From Somniosus microcephalus (lineage: Eukaryota), in the NCBI GenBank assembly GCA_052327205.1, contig CM126211.1, forward strand, positions 176,948,001 to 177,012,000: a DNA stretch of 64,000 nucleotides, given 5' to 3'. Shown here in pieces: positions 11,474 through 23,385 of the stretch. A program made the translations under genes and the position numbers. How positions within the stretch are numbered: position 1 is the stretch's first letter; every line of letters starts with the position of its first letter. A model generated the notes under the pieces. The model did not search any database, had not been told where the DNA came from, and saw nothing but the letters and a program-made list of their open reading frames with translations.

Positions 11474-14225
11474 ATCATAGAACTTTACAGCACAGGCGGC
11501 CATTTGGCTCATTGTATCCATGCCGGCTGAAAAAGAGCTATCCAGCCTAATCCCACTTTCCAGCTCTTGCTCTGTAGCCCTGTAGGTTGCGGCACTTCAA
11601 ACGCATATGCAAATGCTTCTTAAATGCAATGAATGTTTCTGCCTCAACCACCCTTTCAGGCAGAGAGTTTCAGACCCCCACCACCCTCTGAAAAAAAAAT
11701 TCTCCTCGACTCCCCTCTAATCCTTCTAGCAATTACTTCAAATCTATGCCCCCTGGTTATTGACCGCTCTGCCAATGGAAATAGGTCCTTCCTATCCACT
11801 CTAGCTAGGCCTCTCAATTTTATACAGCTCAATTAAATCTCCCCTCAGCCTCCTCTGTTCCAAAGAAAACAACCCCAGCCTATCCAATTTATCCTCATAG
11901 CTAAAATCCCCCAGTCCTGGCAACATCCTCGTAAATCTCCTCTGTACCCTCTCCAGTGCAATCACATCTTTCCTGTAATGTGGTGACCAGAACTGTACGC
12001 AGTACTCTAGCTGTGGCCTAACTAGTGTTTTATACAGTTCTAGCATAACCTCTCTGTGCTTATATGCTATGCCTCGGCTAATAAAGGAAAGTATCCCATA
12101 TGCCTTCTTGACCACCTTATCTACCTGTCCTGCTACCTTCAGGGATTGTGGACATGCACTCCAAGGTCCCCCTGTTCTCTGCACTACTCATTATCCTACC
12201 ATTTATTGTGTATTCCCTTGTCTTGTTAGCCCTCCCTTTTTGCATTACCTCACATTTCTCTGGATTGAATTCCATTTGCCACTTTTTTGCCCACCTCACC
12301 AGTCCATTGATATCTTCCTGCAGACTGCAGCTTTCTTCCTCACTATCAACCAGACGGCCCATTTTTGTATCATATGCAAACTTCTGAATCATGCCCCATA
12401 CATTAAAGTCTAAATCATTGATGTATATCACAAAAAGCAAAAGACCTAGTACTGAGCCCTGCAGAATCCACTGGAAACAGCCACTCAGTCACAAAAACAC
12501 CCGTTGACCATTACCCTTTGCTTCAAAAAAGGTGGTAGAGAGAAAACGGGGAATTACAGACCGATAAGCCTGACATCGGTAGTGGGGAAAATGCTAGAGT
12601 CCATTATAAAAGATGTAATAGCAGAGCACTTGGAAAACAGTGACAGGATCGGACAAAGTCAACATGGATTTACAAAAGGTAAATCGTGCTTGACTAATCT
12701 ACTGGAATTTTTTGAGGATGTAACTGGTAAAATAGATAAGGGAGAACCAGTGGATGTGTTGTATTTGGACTTTCAGAAGGCTTTTGATAAGGTCCCGCAT
12801 AAGAGATTAGCATGTAAAGTTAAGGCACATGGGATTGGGGGCAAGGTATTGACTTGGATAGAGAACTGGTTGGCAGACAGAAAGCAAAGAGTTGGAATAA
12901 ACGGGTCTTTTTCCGAGTGGCAGGCAGTGACTAGTGGGGTACCGCAGGGATCGGTCCTTGGACCCCAGCTATTCACAATATATATATTAAGATGATCTAG
13001 ACAAGGGAACTAGATGTAATATCTCCAAATTTGCAGATGACACAAAGCTGGGTGGGCATGTGTGCTGTGAGGAGGATGCAGAGAAACTCCAGGATGATTT
13101 GGACAGGTTGGGTGATTGGGCAGAAGCATGGCAGATGCAATATAACGTGGATAAATGTGAGGTTATCCACTTTGGTGTCAAAAACAGGAAGGCAGATTAT
13201 CTGAATGGCAATAGATTGGGAGAAGGGGAAGTGCAACGAGACCTGGGTGTCCTTGTGCACCAGTCGCTGAAGGTAAGCATGCAGGTGCAGCAGGCGGAAC
13301 AGGCGGTTAAGGCGGCAAATTGTATGTTGGCCTTCGTAGCAAGAGGGCTCGAGTACAGGAACAAGGATGTCTTGCTCCAGTTGTACAGGGCCTTGGTGAG
13401 ACCACATCTTGAGTAATTGTGTGCAGTTTTGGTCGCCTTATCTGAGGAAGGATGTTCTTGCCATGGAAGGAGTTCAGCGAAGATTCACCAGGCTGACACC
13501 TGGGATGACAGGAATGATGTAAGAGGAGAGATTGGGTCGATTGGGCTTGTACTCGGAGTTTAGAAGAATGAGGGGGGATCTCATTGAAACTTATAAAATT
13601 CTGACAGGACTGGACAGACTAGATGCAGGAAGGATGTTCCCGATGGTCGGGGAGTCCAGAACCAGGGGTCACAGTCTAAGGATAAGGGGTAGGCCATTTA
13701 GGACAGAAATAAGGAGGAATTTCTTCACCCAGAGAGTGGTGAACCTGTGGAATTCTCTACCACAGAAGGCAGTAGAGGCCAATACATTAAATATATATTC
13801 AAGAAGGAGTTGGATATATTTCTTAAGGCTAAAGGGATCAAGGGGAGAAAGCAGGGACCGGATACTGAATTTGGATGATCAGCCATGATCGCATTGAATG
13901 GCTGAGCAGGCTCGAAGGGCTGAATGGCCTACTCCTGCTCCTGTCTTCTATGTTTCTATGTTTCCTGCCACTGAGCCCATTTTGGATCCAACTTGCCACT
14001 TTCCCTTGGACCCCAGGGGCTTTTACTTTTCTGACCAGTCTGCCATGTGGGACCTTGTCAAAAGCCTTGCTAAAATCCAGGTACACTACATCAAACACGC
14101 AACCCTCATCGACCCTTCTTGTTAACTCCTCAAAAAATTAAATCAAATCAAGTTGGTCAGACATGACCTTCCCTTAACAAATCTATGCTGACTGTCCTTG
14201 ATTAATCTGTGCCTTTCTAAATGAC
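11474..14225 (-). mobile_element. CR1 LINE fragment (parts ~11474-12524 and ~13961-14225) interrupted by a + strand CR1
   Basis: ORFs 11801..12184, 12117..12440 and 13838..14098 (YLDFSKAFDKVPH) are consecutive CR1 RT segments. Confidence 0.88.
12525..13960 (+). mobile_element. CR1 LINE, 5'-truncated (same subfamily as 4070-5117)
   Basis: GNYRPISLTSVVGK, QHGF, YLDFQKAFDKVPH and [11 protein letters not shown] motifs; (TTCTATGT)n tail at ~13946-13960. Confidence 0.95.
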
Positions 14226-15378
14226 GATTAATACTATTGCCATCACAGCAGCATTGCTGTAGGGATTCCCACGACAGAGCGCCGAAATCACTTGAACGAC
14301 AAAAAAGTCAAACTTCTCATCAGTGTTTGCGAGATTTCTGTGGGCAGCTTTCTCTGGGGCCAGCGACGAGCGCCTTTGCTTCGCCGCTGACTGCAAATTC
14401 CGGGCCCTTGTTTTAATGGTAACAGTGGCACAACTCACTGCATGGAAATTCTCCCATGTTTCTATTGCCTAAACGTATGTCTAAAAGGTTAATAGTCATG
14501 TATTTTTCAATAACCAAATGTGATTCAAATCAATTTTTCAAAAGAAATCTAATTATTCTAAACCATTAGAAGACATTGAATAGGCTAATTGTTGTATTGA
14601 TTGCGAGCAATGATCAAAGAATAATGTCAAACATTTGTCCACTAAAATTTACAAGATTTGAGAAGTTAGAAGTGCTATTGTAATATATAGATCAGATATA
14701 AAATGAAGATTCAAAATGATAATAAATGCCTCCACTTGTTTTCCTTTTGTACATAGCCTGGAGAGTTCAGCAAGTGGTTAACGTGCAACATTGATGCACA
14801 GCGTTCGCCAACAAATTACGAAAAAGGAAAACAATTTATTTAATATGATTATCTTAATTTAATTCCACAACCTATATCAATTTTTTTTAATGTAATGTAA
14901 TTCTTAGATGAAATATCAAATGCATAATGCATATCTTGTTTAATTACAGTCAATGTTTGTATATTTAGAGTCAATCCTCAACCAATTTTGATGGATGGAA
15001 TTTTTAACAGTTTAGTCAGTGTATTATTCCTTTATTGAAAAATTCCACACAGTATGCAGTGCTACCCTCTTCAATATTCAATGCCTAACCAGCAAAGTAT
15101 TACCAAAAAATGCTCATTCCATTGGTGAAAATATATGGAACCTTAATTTAGAGCATTCCTACAATAAAGATATTTTAAACACAATGAATGAACATTTTTG
15201 TTAAATTAAGTCAAGGCATGAAAGGCCTAAATTGTTTTTTTCCCCCCACTTAAGCTACACAGGTTCAGTAGAAAAGTAAATGGCGCCAAAAACCCACGGG
15301 GCCAACAATGGTCTCTCGCACTGACCTTGCTAGAGTCTGTACTTCATCATTTGCATAAAGTAGAAGGTGCTGCCAGAC

Positions 15379-16422
15379 TGTTAGAAATGAGGGTATCCAA
15401 AATATATGGGTTTATGCAAATAATACTGTGCTTAGATAATTGCATTAGAACTCGAGACAAAATGTCTCTTCAGATTAGTATTAGAATAACCGGATAGATG
15501 CTTAGAATTTGCTTATGTTTTGGTTCCCCGCGGATGCAATAACATTCTGCACCATGGCGGTGACCTTGTTTCCAGGCTAGCTGTCTGTGTGCTAGAAAGG
15601 TTGTTAACTGTAGCTTTGATTTGGCCAACCAAGGCCCAATGCCTCTGTTGCTTCCATTATTGCTAATAACCATATTATAATACTAAGTTAGGATTTTGAC
15701 TTTATTCAACAAAGCTGCTTTAAAATGTGTAAGTTAATTAAGTACAATGACATAGAATAGAAGATATCTTTGAGAATTTAGTGATTCATTCCATGGTACA
15801 ATAGTTGCATGAACAGCATGAACATAAATAACTGATAACAAGCAGTTACGAACATCTGATGGCCGAGAATGGCATGTCTGACTCCAAACTAGGGAGGATA
15901 GGGACAAGGGAGATGAGAAATTCCGACGGGCAGGCCTTCAAAATGTACAAACAAAAAAAGCATGTGTAATGCTCCTGGAGGGAGGATCTTCATCTCAAAG
16001 TTGAGACAAAGAACTCGATGTGCCATTGGGCACCTTGGTTTAGGAAGAGCCCTTACAGGTTAAATGGTCCTGTCCATATTTTACATCAGGCCCACCCCTA
16101 AAAAAGGGTACAAGAAAAAGACCTGAAAAACCCTTAGCAGAGACAGTGAGGGGGGGGAGGAGCTTCCAGGACTCATGCTGACCTAAGTTAACACTCTTGG
16201 AGGTTCCAGACGAGAGAAGGAAAGGCCGCAAGCCATTTAGCCAATCGGGTCCGGTACCAGCTGCTTGTCACGGTCATATGTTTTGGCTGTATAACTACTG
16301 TGTTATATTCCATCTTAAACTCTGATTAAAGACAATATTCGCACCATATTGGTTTGCAGTCGATCCTGATTATTTGAAAGACTAGAGATAAGCTAATATC
16401 AACAAATTGGCTAATCTCAACA
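15379..16422 (+). mobile_element. ERV-type near-solo LTR with PBS stub
   Basis: Starts TGTTAGAAATGAG and ends CTAATCTCAACA. 4-bp TSD AGAC at 15375-15378 and 16423-16426. ATTAAA polyA-like signal at ~16325. Terminal 13-mer is duplicated. Confidence 0.65.
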
Positions 16423-16819
16423 AGACTCTTGTCCCATCTCCAGAGGAACCCACCAGAAAAAGGCAGGAACACCTACGCTTGGAATTCCTACTTCTCTGTC
16501 TCAGAAAGGTCACGGCACATTACTGGAAGGCACTACATAGAGAGATGAAGCACTAAGTGCATTGCCAGTGCCCACTGGCCCTGTACAGCCAAAGTCCAGC
16601 AACTGCTTGCCATTGGGGGTATGTTGCCCAGGCTCGCTCCCTGCCTTTTCTCTCCCCCATTATTAAATATATACATGAAAAGGAAAAATTTGCAAGACTA
16701 TGGGGAAGGAGTACAGGAGTAGTACTAATGGTATAGCTCTTTCAAAGAGCTGGCACAGGCACAATGGGCTGAATGACTTCCTTCTGGTGCCCTACTTGCA
16801 CCCATCTGGAGTAAGATAG

Positions 16820-19170
16820 AGTCATAACTGCACAGGAGGCCATTCAGCCCAATAAGTCCGTCCTATTCCCCCGCTCTATCCCCGTAGCCCTGTAAGTTTA
16901 TTTCCCTCAAGTGCCTATCCAGTCTCCCCTTGAAAACATTGAGTGTCTCCATTACCACCACTTCCATCGGCAGCAAATTCCAGGTCATTACCACTCGCTG
17001 CATAAAAAAGTTTTTCCTCACATCCCCCCGTATCTCTTGCCCAAAACCTTATATCTGTGTCCCCTAGTCCTTGTACCGTCAACTAGTGGGACCAGCCTTT
17101 CCCCGTCTAGCCTATCCAAACCCATCATAATCTTGTACACCTCTATCAAATCACCCCTCAACCTCCTTTGCTCTAATGAAAACAAATCCAGCTTCTCCAA
17201 CCTGTCCTTGTAGCTAAGATCCCCCATCCCTGGAACCATTCTGCTAAATCTCTGCACCCTCTCAAGGGCCTTCACATCCTTCCTAAAGTGCGGAGACCAG
17301 ACTGGGCGCAATACTCCAGTTGCGGCCTAACCAGCGCTTTATAAAGGTGTAGCATAACTTCTCTACTTTTGTACTCAATACCTCTATTTATGAAGCCCAA
17401 GATCTCATATGCTTTGTTAACCACTCTCTCAATATGTCCTGCCACCTTCAGGGACCTATGCACATTAACTCCCAGGTCCCTCTGTCCCTGCACACTCTTT
17501 AAAACTGTGCCATTAAGTGTATATTGCCTCTCCCTGTTCCTTCTGCCAAAATGCATCACCTCACACTTGTCTGTATTAAATTCCATCTGCCACTTGTCTG
17601 CCCATTCTGCTAGCCTTTCTATGGCCTTTTTCCAGTCAATTGATATCATCCTCACTGTTTGCCACACCCCCAAGTTTGGTGTCATCGGCAAATTTAGAAA
17701 TTCTACTCTGTACTCCAATATCCAGGTCATTTATATATATCAAAAAAAAGTAGAGCCCCAGCACTGACCCTTGGAGAACACCACTGTCCGCCATCCTCCA
17801 GTCTGAAAAACAGCCATTTACCACAACTCATTGTTTTCTGACGTTAAGCCAATTCCTTATGCAAACTGCCATGACCCAGCTATGCCATGAGCCTCAGTTT
17901 TGTTAACCAACCTTCTATGTGGTACTTTGTCAAACGCCTTCCTAAAATCCATGTAGACAACATCCATTGCATTCCCTTCATCAATCCTCCTCAACTTCAT
18001 CAAAAAATTTAATTAATTAGTCAAACACGATCTGCCTTTTACAAATCAGTGTTGGCTCTCCTTAATTAGCTTAAATCTCTCCAAGTGCCCGTTAATTTTT
18101 TTCTTGATTATTGTTTCTAAAACTTTACCCATCACTGATGTTAAACTGACCAGCCTATAGTTACTAGGATTGTCCTTACACCCCTTCTTGAACAATGGTG
18201 TTGTAGGAACTGGGGTTCCTAGCCGAAGAATTGAGATCGACTCAGAAAATCAAAAACAATAAAATTTAATGAACAAACGAAGCTGTACAGGAAACTGTAG
18301 GATACAATGCAAATAGGTCTGGTCTACTTGAAAGCCTCTCTGGAAACTGCTAGAAGGTTCCGAGCTCAACTGCTAGCAGGTTCCGAGCTCAACTGCTAGA
18401 AGGTTCCGAGCTCTGACATCATGACGTCATCACGTTCTTCCCGCCGTTGAGAGATCACGTGATGGACAGCATGACGTCATCACGCGGAATACAGGAAAGA
18501 AGCCCTAGTACAGTTAACAGATACATTAAAGGTGCAGCCCCCAGCTGTACTACATTGCTGTAAAAGGAATTATATACAATTGTCCGTAATCCTCTGGTGG
18601 TTCCGCCACAGTGTCACATTTGCCACTTTCCAATCCTCAGGCACCTCTTCGCACCTAGGGAAGATTGGAAAATTATGGCAAGCCCTTCTGCTATCTCCTC
18701 CCCCAATTCCCTTAGCAACCTGGGATGCAAGCCATCTGGACTAGGCGACTTACCCACTCTAAGCATACCCAGCCTTTCTAGTACATCCTGTCTATCAATT
18801 TTCACCCCTTCCATTGGTTCTACCTTTTCCACTTCTAACGATATTTTGTCAGCATCCACCTCCTTAGTAAACACCGATACAAAGTACTCATTGAGTATTT
18901 TAGCCTTACCCTGCGCCTCTAACCATATATCACCTTCTTTGTCCCCAATAGGCCCCACCCCGCATCTTACTACCCGCTTACTGTTTAAATGCTGGTAGAA
19001 GATTTTTGGGTTCCCTTTTATGTTAACCACCATTCTACTCTCTCATTCTCTGTTTGTCAATCTTACCTTCATCTTCACTTCCCCTCTCAACTTATTGTAT
19101 TTGGTCTGGTTCTCCCTTGAAGAATTCACCCGTCATGCATCATACACCCTCTTTTTTTTGTTTCATCATC
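16820..19170 (-). mobile_element. CR1 LINE fragment containing a solo LTR
   Basis: ORFs 17018.., 17272.., 17636.. and 18614.. encode CR1 RT and linker ([25 protein letters not shown]). Confidence 0.92.
18202..18610. mobile_element. Solo LTR (409 bp, probably ERV-type)
   Basis: TGTAGGAAC...GTTCCGCCACA termini; 4-bp TSD GTGT at 18198-18201 and 18611-18614. Removing it restores the CR1 sequence seen uninterrupted at ~28925. Confidence 0.85.
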
Positions 19171-21654
19171 TTCTCTATGCCACATCTCTCTGTGACCACC
19201 CTTTAGTAATATGCAAACTGTATGGCAAGAATATTTGGGGATAATGAATGCACACTGTTTGCAATATTACACATCTGCTGCTCTGAATAAAATGGTATTA
19301 ACTTGACTTTTGCTTGTGGAACCCACATCCAAATTATAGAGTTACAATATTGGGGGCACTTACCAACTTCCCAAGAATATTAGTGAGAATAAGACTAATG
19401 TATCAGTGAACACGTGTGGTTTTGGCTAGCCGACAAATTCAAAAATGTACAGATAAACAGCTTATAATGCAAAAAAAATTACAATACTCACATTTGAAGC
19501 AGATTGTGAATCATGGAAGTACTTAAGGCAAACATGCAAAAATAACCCATTTGGTCATTGTTTGGATGTCTGTCAAACATATTTGAATAGCATGTTAAGT
19601 AAATCTCCATCCAACCAGTTCGGAAACAGTGGAACACTAAATTTTGTTAAGCTCACAAATGTCAACTAATTTCTTATCTAAAGTTAGTGGCCGACACCAG
19701 TCTGAACCATTTTTCTTGCATCATCGAAGTAAATGAAATTTCAGTTTGGACAAAGTCACAACAGAAACTAAATGTATAACCATATCTCCAAAAAACGAAG
19801 CTGCATTCTCATTTAACAACTGGCATTATTTTCCTTCAGACACAGTTCTGCTCTTCCATGATACAGCAACAAAAAAATAGAATAAGGCAACATGCAGTGC
19901 ACAGAAACCAATAACTCTCTTTCTAGATGCAATGTTATCATTGCAGGGTGCCACTGTTATTCAAACAGTTGACTAAAGAGATAGTGTTCCTTTTTGTTGG
20001 CCAGAGTAACTTAAGATTGTAATTCAACTCTTTCAGAAATCAACACAAAACACCAATCTTCTTTTATGCTTCTATTTGAGCAATTAGTTTATCTTTTTAT
20101 GTATGATGATGGTTTGTCCATCGTTGTCGATGACAGCCTATGATTCATTACCAATACGAGTACAGGTTATGGGCTCTCATATGACTGTAATGCCAGATTT
20201 TCACGAGGAATGTTTTCCCACACACAGGACATCAGATGTCAGATTTACCAGAGGTGTGATCTTTCCTCGACTTCCTTTGAGCTCTCTTCAGCTATCTGTA
20301 CAATTTGCTCCAAGCTTTGTTGTGCATCGTTAATCATCTTTTGCCACTTTTTCCTATCACAAGCATCACGTTCCCATGTGGCAGTTGAGATGGTAGTTTA
20401 AGATTGGTCTTTAGCCAATCCTTATGTCTTTTGAACTGAGCACCATGAAAGCATTTACCGAGCTTCCGCTCACCGTAGAATACCTTCTTGGGTAGTCAGG
20501 CATCATACCTTCGTTGACTAGGTTACCAATCCACCTTAGCTGTGCCTTTACTATCGTTGCCTCGATGACTGGCATATTTGCTCTTCGAGGACCTTATTTT
20601 AAAAAAAAATTGTTCATGGTACTCTATGTGGGCGTCGCTGGCAAGGCCAGCATTTATTGCCCACCTCCTTGTCCAGAACCTTGTGCCATCAAATTTTCAT
20701 GATCTTTCTAAGGAAACCTAGGTGAAATGATTGAGTTTTCTGATGTGGTGACTGCAATTGGTCCAGCTATTGCACATATACAGTAAGGATGTTATAACTA
20801 TTGCTTTTTAGACCTTTTTAGACCCTTTATCCCATAACCTCACACGAAGCCTTCCAAAAGCACTACAGTCCCCACCACTTACACTTTGACAATGACACTC
20901 GTAAATGACTGATTGCTATTTTATCCAACCAACACTCTCCAACGATTGGTTTCTCACCAATCAGAAAAGGGGGCGGAATCATTTTTGGACTTTTAAAAAA
21001 TATGAACTGTGTGTGAGTGTTTGCATTTCACAATAATTATTAAGTAATTATAGATAGATGCAACTCCAGAGTTGTTTCCATTGGTTAAAACCCAAGCCTA
21101 GTTTTTAAAAAGTATGATTCTATCCCTCTCCACAAACCAAATGTTAGCATGTCGTAAGATTGGCGGGTCAAGGAACCAATAAATGGTGAATCTATGTTCC
21201 TAGCTGGAGTTTTCCATCCAGAGTGCAGAGAGGTGGTGCTTAGAGGTTGGTGGGTGCGGGAAGATTATTATTAGTGTTAACAACATTTAATTTATCGTTA
21301 TTGAACGGTCTCCAGTTAGAAACCTTTTTACTTCAATATGTTTCACATATGAAACTTGTGACAGAGGCGGTTTAGTTCATGAACCCCCGCAACGTCTCTA
21401 CAGACCCAGTTTGAGAACCATTGCTGCGAGCCCTTTTGTTTTAAATGACAGCCATAATCCATTATAAAATTACCATGACAAGCAAGATGAGAGCGCGGAC
21501 TTCGCCAGACACCTGTATGTCTTGGACCGCCTCTTAAACAGTTCCAGAACTTTAAATTGCTGAGGGAGACTCAACGTGAAAAGACTGGGATCTCTTCATC
21601 TCTCACCCTGCACCATTCCTCCAGCACAGATAGGCTGTTCTGGAAGGTGTGGAC

Positions 21655-22840
21655 TCCCTGCAAAAAACAAGGCTGAAGCATTTGCAACCATTTTCAGCTA
21701 AAAGTGCCGAGTGGATGATTCATCTCAGCCTCCTCCTGAGGTCTCCACCATCACAGAAGCCAGTCTTCAGCCAATTTGCTTCACTCCACACAATATCAAG
21801 AAATGGCTGCGTGCACTGGATACAGCAATGGTTATGGGCCCCCGACAACCTCCCAACTGTCGTGCTGAAGACTTGTGCTCCAAAACAAGCTGCGCCTTTA
21901 GCCAAGCTGTTCCAGTACAGTTACAACACTGGCATCTACCTGACAATGTGGAAAACTGCCCAGGTAGGCCCTGTCCATAAAAAGCAGGACAAATCCAATC
22001 CAGCCAATTACCGCCCCATCAGTCTACTCTCAATCATCAGCAAAGTGATGGAAGGTGTGGTCAAAAGTGCCATCAAACAACACTTACTCACCAATAACCT
22101 GCTCAGCAATGCTCAGTTTGACATTCAACGGCATTACCATCGCTGAATCCTCCACCATCAACATCCTTGGGGGGGGGGGGGTCACCATTGACCAGAAACT
22201 TAACTGGACCAGACACATAAATACTGTGGCAACAAGAGGTCAGAGGCTGGGTATTCTGCGGCGAGTGTCTCACCTCCCGACTCCCCAAAGCCTTTCCACC
22301 ATCTGTAAAAGGCACAACTAAGGAGTGTGATGGAATACTCTCCATTAGCCTGGATGAGTGCAACTCCAACAACACTCAAGAAGCTCGACACCATCCAGGA
22401 CAAAGCAGCCCGCTTGATTGGCACCCCATCCACCACCTTCAACATTTACTCCCGCCATCACTGGAGCACCGTGGTTGCAGTGTGTACCATCTACAAGATG
22501 CACGCAGCAACTCGCCAAGGCTTCTTTGACAGCACCTCCCAAACCCACAACCTCTACCACCTAGAAGGACAAGGGCAGCAGGCGCATGGGAACACCATCA
22601 CCTCCAAGTTCCCCTGCAAGTCACACACCAGCCTGACTTGGAAATATATCGCCGTCCCTTCATTGTCACTGGGTCAAAATCCTGGAACTCCCTCCCTAAC
22701 AGCACTGTGGGAGTACCTTCACCACAAGAACTGCAGCGGTTCAAGGCGGCGGCTCATCACCACCTTCAAGGGCAATTAGGGATGGGCAATAAATGCTGGC
22801 CTTGCCAGCGACGCCCACATCCCAAGAATGAATTTGGAAA
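21655..22840 (+). mobile_element. CR1-Zenon-like LINE with internal deletion
   Basis: LKTCAP..AAPLAKLF and NPANYRPISLLSIISKVM, then a jump at ~22120 to TFNGITIAES; 3' tail near 22840. Confidence 0.88.
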
Positions 22841-22949
22841 AAAATCCTCCTTAAACCCGTTCCAAATTGCATCCTCCACCAAGGCCCAAGTGAGGACCCA
22901 AAACTTGTGGTAAAATTCCAACTTGTCGAGACACTCAAAGCCAACCAAT

Positions 22950-23385
22950 TTAGAGCCTTGGTGAATCTGGCCTCTGTATCGTGATCCTCAGCATTCCAGG
23001 GCAGGTTCAGGTGCCTGATGCAAGCACTTAAAAAAAAAAAAAAAAAATTTGCTTACACTAGCCATCACATATAGCAGGCAAATTGCACTGACACCAACAC
23101 GCCTGCTATAAGCAATGGGGACTGTACTGGCTTTAACCAAGCTGTGGTTCACTCCACGTGTCATGGTGCTTCCTAGGTAGGTGCAGCTATGCACTGTAGG
23201 CAGCGTGCGCCCTTTGATGGCAATACTGGGTGGCACATATGGTTTTCCAGGGGCAGGTTGGTATATAACGGTCTTCTTCAGACCTATGGCAAGGCCAAAT
23301 TTCTTACAAGCATCCGAGAAATGGTCCATGATGACTTAGAGGTCCTCTTCTGTGAGGGCAACAAGGGCAGAGTCATCAGCAACTA
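22950..23385 (-). mobile_element. Old RTE-clade LINE fragment
   Basis: MDHFSDACKKFGLAIGLKKT..YQPAPG and TYLGST, preceded by an ADD motif. Confidence 0.7.

Noticed and set aside
14770-14820. FVGERC EGF-like peptide on the minus strand
   Set aside because: No splice acceptor or remaining EGF cysteines; likely chance.
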